Positions 55,500-64,000 of a stretch of 64,000 nt of DNA are shown one piece after another. Below the pieces are notes generated by a model. The model saw only the letters and a list, made by a program, of their open reading frames with translations. It did no database searches and was not told the DNA's origin. Position 1 is the stretch's first letter; every line of letters starts with the position of its first letter. Source of the DNA: the human T2T-CHM13v2.0 reference genome, Homo sapiens. A program made the position numbers and the translations under genes. The DNA is taken from NCBI RefSeq assembly GCF_009914755.1, contig NC_060934.1, one strand, 5' to 3'.

Positions 55500-56654
55500 T
55501 GTCTACATTGGTTGCCCTCCTAGCTTCTCATCATAGACACCTTTGTCAACAGAAATGACTGATTATTCAGGGTATTTAGAATTGGCTGGAATTTGCCAAA
55601 CTGGGTTTCAAACACAGGTCAAAAATCTATACATGGCCAAACAAGGCGCTCCCATTTATATTCCATTCTTCACTTTTTAGTTGGTTTTGGTCAAAAAGAA
55701 AAATTGCTTTAACCATATTCCTATTTGTTCTGAATCTATCTGGGGCTAGATATAAATGACACCTATTTTAAAAGTTAGTTCAAGGTGTAAAAGAAACGAA
55801 ATTTCTCCTTCTCTTTCACAATATGGCTCCTTGCCTTATATTTCATTGCTGGACATAATTATTACATCATTTAGGTCTTAATGCAATGCCTATGTTGCTA
55901 AATTGTGATAGCAAGCCACTGATAAAGTCCTTTGGTTAGTCACAGACAGCTTCTGTAGATGTCAGCTTGTATTCACCACTGGTGCCTTTAAGCAATTGAG
56001 TTCTTCAGTAACTTTGTATACTCCCTCAGTTAATTAGGGGCTCATACAATCTGGGGACTCACTTGAGCTGTTGGATGTCAGTACCCTCTCAGGATGCTAA
56101 ACAGATGACTCCACAAATTCTGAAGGTGCTTGAGGTGATGCTAGCAGATGTATCTATAGCTATTTTCTAATTTTCACTAGGAAATCCACAGAACCACATA
56201 TGTTGACTTGAGGGGTCTCAAATTCTCTTCTACCAAAAACTTTGCCCCCCCAACAATGCAACATGGTTACCACTGTAACTCTATTAGAGATTTACTTCTA
56301 TGAGTTAGGTATTTATTCCCTAGGTACCACACAATAAAATGGAATTATTTGAAAAAGTGTTAACAATTTATAAAGCATTATCATCTCAAGAAGAAGGTAC
56401 TTGTTTTATTATCTCCTAGGAGGAAGTCCAGTGGTGACTTTATGGAATAAGAACATGTTTTTAGAAAAAAGAAAAAAAAAAGATGGCTTTGGCTCCAGTC
56501 CTAGAGATGCAACTTTCTGGCTATGGTACAGGTAAAGTCATCTGGACCTTCTGTTGGTCAGGGGATAGTAAATCTGTTTGTTCTAGTCACCTTACAAACA
56601 GGGCAGTTGTATGAAATAAGGAAATCAGGACAGTTGCAGAAATGGACATTCCAT

Positions 56655-56895
56655 GATGACCAAGAAAACAGTCTCTGAACCAGAAATGCTTGGGTTCAGG
56701 TCCTACCAAGCCACTGCTGATGGAGTGACCTGCTTGTTAACTTCTCTGTGCTCAGTCTCCTGATCGTTAAAATGGGAATGACAATAGTAACTAACGATAC
56801 AAAGGTGATTGTAAGGGATGAATGAATTCTATGCGAGTCCCTTGGAACAGTGCCTACGACACGGTGTGTGCCACAAAATTGCTAGCTGTTATTAA
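56655..56895 (+). mobile_element. MIR SINE
   Basis: tctctgaaccagaaatgcttgggttcaggtcctacc...ttaacttctctgtgctcagtctcctgatcgttaaaatgggaatgacaatagta. Confidence 0.85.
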
Positions 56896-57160
56896 GTCGG
56901 CTTTGAGAAGTGAACATTTAGAAATAATGTAGAAGATCTCATAACAGCTGGGCCTCAGAGTCCCACATGAAGATGAAACAAACTTCATAAACTTGGATGG
57001 AGCAAGTATAAACTACCAAACATAATACAAATAAATGTAAATTTTCCTTTGAAGTTAACATATTTATTTTATTATAACTAAATAATAAAAATATATACTT
57101 ACAATAAATATTAAAAAATTAGTAACTGACTCAGTTATTTCATTAATGCTGCCATTGCTC

Positions 57161-57488
57161 AAAAAATATATATATATATACATATGTATATATATATATA
57201 TTTTTTGAGACAGTTTTGCTCTTATCGCCCAGGCTAGAGTACAGTGGCACAATCTCGGCTCAGTATAACCTCCACCTTCTGGTTTCAAGCGATTCTCCTG
57301 CCTCAGCCTCCCAAGTAGCTGGGATTACAGGCACCCACCACCACGCCCAGCTAATTTTTTTTGTATTTTTAGTAGAGATGGGGTTTTACCATGCTGGTAA
57401 GGCTAGTCTCGAACTACTGACCTCGTGATCCACCTGCCTCAGCCTCCCAAAGTGCTGGGATTACAGATGTGAGCCACCTCGCCCGGCC
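57161..57488 (-). mobile_element. Alu (AluS-type) with (TA)n tail
   Basis: Full dimer; TSD tgctcaaaa. Confidence 0.93.
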
Positions 57489-57569
57489 TGCTCAAAATAT
57501 TTTTAGAACTCTTTTCTTGAATTGTCTTCAGTCAGTTTTTGAGCTATCCAAGGAGATCAGTGGTTTTTT

Positions 57570-58505
<936 letters not shown>

Positions 58506-58682
58506 TCAGTGATATAATTTAATGATCATACATTATTTCATTGTACTTTTAAAAAATTAATCAGTTGGTATTCCTGTTCTGAGCATTTTTAGGTTGGAAT
58601 TAAGTCTACCAAATTCGTGCTTTTTATTCCAATGGAAAAGATGTCTTCTGTCTCCAAAGGATTCATTTCACCCATGATTAAA

Positions 58683-58895
58683 CAGCTTTTCAGTACAAGT
58701 CCAGATTAAATAAATACTTTAGGTTTTGGGGGCTGCACTGTCTTGTCTCAAATACTCAACTCCACTGCCACATAGTGAAAGCAGTCAGAGACAATATGTA
58801 AATGAATGAGGATGGCTGAGGGCCAATAAAACTTAATTTGCAAAAACAGGTGGTTGGCTGAATTTTGCTGCTCAGCTGTAGTTAGCCAACGTCTG
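58683..58895. mobile_element. MER58A-like hAT MITE
   Basis: taaatactttaggttttggggg...aatactcaactccactgcca...gacaatatgtaaatgaatgag...ccaataaaactt...tgtagttagccaac. Confidence 0.8.
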
Positions 58896-59409
58896 ATTTA
58901 ACCTCTGTGATATTGAGGAGATAATCTGTCTAACATTCAGAATGAGCATTAAATGATGCAGCTTTATACCTGACACATTGTCGGCACTCAACAAATGTCT
59001 TTCTTCCCTTCCCAGCAGCTGTGGTTGTAGTAGAAATCACATGTGCTTGCATCCAGAAAACTGTTCAAGTTACGGCACGAATTAGCTTTGTAATTCTCTG
59101 AGTTTCAGACCTGTCATCTGAAAAAATCAGGCCAACTTTTATCTCCTTTTGAGCTCATATAAAATTTAAATATGACAAAAATATGCAAAATTTATGCCAC
59201 AGAGAATGTACCAAAGATCAGCTGTTACAAACTGTCTCTGGGGATTTCCATTTCAAAGTGTTGTTAGAAACCTTGAAACCCAAAGGGCAGATAAATCACT
59301 CATTATTTCTCATCAAAAGTAGCAGATTTTGGAATTCTCAATGGTGTTTTTGGTAGAAATCAGGCTCCATGAGAATATATATTTAGGTGTCCCTTTTTTT
59401 AATTCTCAT

Positions 59410-59545
59410 AGAACTTTAGAACCAAAACCAACTGTCAAGATGAGCCCATCATTCTCATTTTACAGGTAAGGAAACTGAGACTCCTAGAGATTAAATGACA
59501 TGCCCAAAGTCACTCAGCAACTCGGGAAGGGTTCAGACCAGGACT
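59410..59545 (-). mobile_element. MIR fragment
   Basis: ctcattttacaggtaaggaaactgagactcctagagattaaatgacatgcccaaagtcactcagc. Confidence 0.8.
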
Positions 59546-59578
59546 CCATGCTCAGGACTCTCAGTGTAGGAATTTCAT

Positions 59579-59641
59579 ACTATAACAGGAAGTCACCCTA
59601 CTATAACTTGAAGTCACCCTACTATAACTGGAAGTCACCCA
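59579..59641. repeat. 3 x 21-bp minisatellite
   Basis: actataac(ag/tt/tg)gaagtcacc(c)t repeated three times head to tail. Confidence 0.92.
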
Positions 59642-62600
59642 CTTCAGTGGTTTTCATGCTGAGTAAGCTTGAAACAAGTTCTGCACTCTTTAGGCCATCT
59701 GGTTATCCATGATCAGATTAGCAAATGCAGAATTACTTAACCTGCTTATATTGCAAAGGAAATGGCTCTGGCCAATCACAGAGTAGGACATTCAGTAAAC
59801 AGGAAGGGTTTCCCATTGCACCTCCACTGTATCAAGTGAGGTATTCAGAGGACAGACTGGCTGACATTCATTGCTTGGGATAGGGTTTCAGTGACATTAC
59901 TGAACTTGTGCACCTGCATTCCATAGGATCACACCTTGGAGGGCCCATGACACTATTCTTCCCTGCTGATATAACCTAGAAAATGTCACTGCACAAACTA
60001 TATGGCATATATGGCATTTTGAACACACTGAACAATGACATGACATTTTGAGCTGCTAAAAGCAGAGCTACATGGTGTCTACACTGCGCATATCCTAAAT
60101 AACACCCCTCCCTTGTTCTTCCCTTTCCCTTTCTTTTGGTTATCAATCGCCTTTACCTCCATTACTTACCAAATTTTCCATTTTGTCCCTTAATAAGCTC
60201 AACTTTGCTGGAGTTTTTTTAACTGCAAGGTGAGAGCCTCATGATTGCTATAGCATTTTGAATGCACTTTTTCTTCTGCTTCTCTTTCTTCATTGTTACT
60301 TTTCATATAAACAGAAACATAAGTCAGGATTCTCTTCAATCAATCTTCAAACAAGGAAAGATCTTTTGGTTGCTACAATTAGAGTCTTTATCATTTCATT
60401 TGAGAGTTAGTATGTATAGGTACATATGTATTAGCTACTTAGGACTAATATATATTTTGCCATTGCCAGCCTATCCTAAGTGCTTATTATATATCTTGCA
60501 TGTTAAGGGACATCTCTATAAATAAGAGTTTTTAGAAGTATAGTTTTTAAAATGCTGAATGTGTACATTTCTTTATTTTTAAAACTCATCTTTATTTAAT
60601 TAAACTCATAACATTTAGAGTCCATGGTAATTGAAATGGCTGATAATAAAGTACATTTTCTACATATATATATTATATATATATGTTGTATATGAAAATT
60701 TTCTGCCTGCTTTCACATTTTTTATTAAAATATTCTGTTGATTACATTCCCAATAAAAATCAAATGCGTAGCTATGTATATTTTGCAAGGAGAGCAAGGA
60801 AATGCACCTTCCTTTCTCACGCTTTCAGAAGATCCAGTATGTTCTAAATATTGGCCCTAATTGACATGTGGTTGAAGAGTCAATAGAAATGTAGAACCTT
60901 TGTTACCATTTTATGTCACCTCATATATTTCCATATGCAAAACTATTTCTGAAAATTTGGAGCTGGAAGGCACTGTGACGCATGTCACTGGAATGACTTG
61001 TGGTGAGGCCAAGCTGCCACTTCATCACGGGCTCCCATCCCAACCCACATTTTCCATTAGGATGTTTCCATCAGGATCAAGTTCCTCTTCAGGGATAAGA
61101 GCCGACCATCTTGTCTTCCTGTTCTTCATAAAGGCAGCTTGAGAAAGCCCATAATCAGTGGAGTCATCAGTAGCTGATTGAGTTCCTCCTAAATGTATTG
61201 GTAAAAGAAAGATCTGTGGGTCATTTTAGTCATTCACCCTGATACCTCCCTATCACAATGGCTTCTTCTCCCACCTCTCTCTACTCATGTATTTAATATG
61301 CATAATATCTGGTACCATTTCAACTTTATTGAAAGGTTTTACGATTATACTCTTGCCCTAAATTTGAAATCAAAATTTTCAATATGTGCAAGAGTACAGA
61401 ATGAAAGAGCATTTATTGAGATAAATCCAAATGGAAGAAAAAATACATTAATTCAAGTATGCAAATAAACAGGAACATTTTGGGTTTCGGTGATCTAACT
61501 AATGTTCTCAATAATTCATTTGAGTATGTAAAGAAGTTTTAAAGGAAAGAAAGGACAAAGTATGGGTATAATTTTCATGAATTCATTTTCATCATTCAAA
61601 AGTGATTCTTTCTCTTCTACTCTCCTTGAACCATTATCTAAAGGCTGTCTGCAACCTAAACCTCTAAAAACACCAGTAATTTTAGTGTCAGTATCTACAT
61701 GTTAAAACTTGTTTTGGTCTAATAATTTGAGATATATTATGGTTCTATTATTTGTAATTTTGGTAGCTTTTTTGTTCTATTAATCTACATATGAAAACAT
61801 GTTATATGTTTAAGATTTTTATTTTGATATAGATCATTTATTTTATTCAAAACATAATTTAAAATAAAAATACTTTCATATTGCCTTGATCTAACATTCA
61901 AGAAGATACATTTGTTATGTTGAATAATAACCAGAAAGGACAAAAGTTTGAAAACAGAAAATGGTGGGAAATAAATCTTACCAAATCAAAAAAGCCCCAG
62001 TTTAATTTTATAAAGAATGAAGACATAAGGCAAAGGCAAATAACCACTCTAATTTAAAATTATATTTCAATTAGCACTTTGTAAAGTATCTTAACTTGCT
62101 TTGTCTGACTTGGAAATGAGACAAAAGTTTCTGAAAGAGCAGGCTCTGAAAATATTTATGAATAAGAAAATAAAAGAAAAAAGAACAATTGAAAGCCAAT
62201 AGGTGCTAAAAAATAAAAAAAGAGAAACATTATAAAACACCTTTTCAAAGGTCTTCTAATGTACAATATTTAAATACAAACAGTAACTAGTGTTACACCA
62301 GCTGCTCTCAGGTTTGCAAAATATATCAAAGTACAGCATATTGGAATGAGTCCTGAGTTTCCATTTACTTTATCTATCCAGACACATCAATTCTTTTTAC
62401 TCCAGCCTGATAAAGTGGAACTGCCGCAGACAAATGAGCTAGTGGAGCTGACATAATGTGTTTGTCACAAAGAAGCGCTGGATAAAAAAGCATGACTTTG
62501 ATCCTCAATGAGGTTACTATTTTACAGTACCCTGAATTTAACTCTAACCTGATGCCTTGAGTCACCGTTCACTGTTTATTGGCCAAAATTGATTCTCATT

Positions 62601-64000
62601 TCATCTCTAACTGTTAAAGGACTGGCTCCTGCAATCCTTAGATGAGTAAAATCTCCTATCAACCAAAAATAATACTAATAATAATCATGGGAAATTAAAA
62701 GCAAAAACTTGATTGATGATCTCTGTGTGACATTATAAAAACTACCCCGAGTTGGGGACTAGAGGTAAGCAAGTAGGTTGACGATCACTTATCACAAACC
62801 CAAGGTGTAATGTTATTATTTTAAAGGAAATTTGATTTGTATTTAAGCAATAATACATACCAGATAATTTCTAGATAATTATTTATGTCTGAATTTAAAT
62901 GTATCTATTGAGCAAATCAGATACATATATATTTATGTGTATGTGTCTATATGTAATTCTATTCTTTCTTTTTATAAAGACTCAAATATTTCTGAAAATA
63001 AAGCTTTTGTTTTGAGTTCTGAATAACATGAAACATTTGCCTATTATACCCCTGGGCTCCTTTATCCAAGCAAATTAATTCAATGGTTTTTCTTTCATTC
63101 ATCAAACAAATAAAAAATACCATAGGTAGAATCTGTCACTTGTAAACAGACATAGAAAAGAATAAAACAAGGGGTTCCTAGAGACCAATCCTCCAAGCAG
63201 ATGAGTAAACATTGCCTTGAACAGTCATAATGGGGGAAAACGATTCTTTCTCTGATACCTGATACTGCAGCCTCACACATTTTTTTTCTTCTTCTATTAT
63301 TATTATTATTTTTTTTAGTTTTTGGATCATTAGCCCAACAAATGAAGAAGTGAATTGTGATGAATGAAAATTAGTACTGTGAATCCAAATTACTGCATTA
63401 AACCCAGGCTGGCCATAAATTACATGTTAACACAATTCGATACAAGTAAGACAGAAAATACTGTCCCTGACAGTGATCTTTAACAATTAAAATATATTTC
63501 TTCAACTCAATATTTGGCTGCAATATACTAAAGAAGTTATGATATTCTCATATTGCAAAGTTATATTTAGATTCTACGCAGGGTTAATTATTCCTCACAA
63601 ATAACGTGCTCACTCATGGTCTCTTAAGTAGATTTTTTGCGGTATATCTTTTGGATTGACTATTATTGATGCACAGCAGTGTTTAAAAAATACATCTCCA
63701 TCCCTTTTCATGATGATTTGAGTTACAACCATATTTTAAGCCATCCATTAAGCTCTTTTTGTACCCTGCAAATTCATCAGTGGCCTACCTACTGGACACA
63801 CCTGAGTAAGCAGTAGTAGAGCAGAGATGTAGAGGTGAATGAGATCTATTAGGTAAGCAGAGATCAGAAGGACCAGAGAAGCTATAGTACTAAAGAGAAG
63901 TCAGGTTTACTGTACAGAGGAGCCTTCACTGCTTCAAGCCAAGAAAATCTGGTAACATAGAAAATGTCCCTCTGTGCGTACTTTTACCCACAATCAATTG

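Noticed and set aside
59579-59641. Regular repeats as a CRISPR-like array
   Set aside because: Head-to-tail minisatellite without unique spacers, in primate DNA.

Overview
AT-rich hominoid (human or great ape) genomic DNA, intronic or intergenic. I can support no intact protein-coding gene. The window is a layered mosaic of repeats: 12 Alus, a FLAM-like monomer, several L1 fragments (two with twin-priming 5' inversions), L2/MIR relics, MLT1 LTRs, hAT MITEs, microsatellites and one SVA (B/C-like), which places the organism among hominoids. Four structures stand out. (1) The SVA's target-site duplication encloses about 110 bp of extra non-SVA sequence upstream of the hexamer, a 5' transduction. 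(2) A full-length BC200 (BCYRN1) RNA retrocopy retains its unique 3' domain, an A-tail and a perfect 14-bp TSD. (3) A ~200-bp segment was copied in inverted orientation from ~3 kb away into an L2, next to a 40-bp tandem duplication (template-switch signature). (4) A ~430-bp block of ancient L2+MITE sequence sits inside a younger L1, flanked by a 13-bp TSD with almost no tail. A few repeat-free, motif-rich segments are candidate enhancers/promoters or non-coding exons. I see no evidence of a novel multi-gene system. Repeat subfamily calls are from recalled consensus features, not from a run of RepeatMasker.
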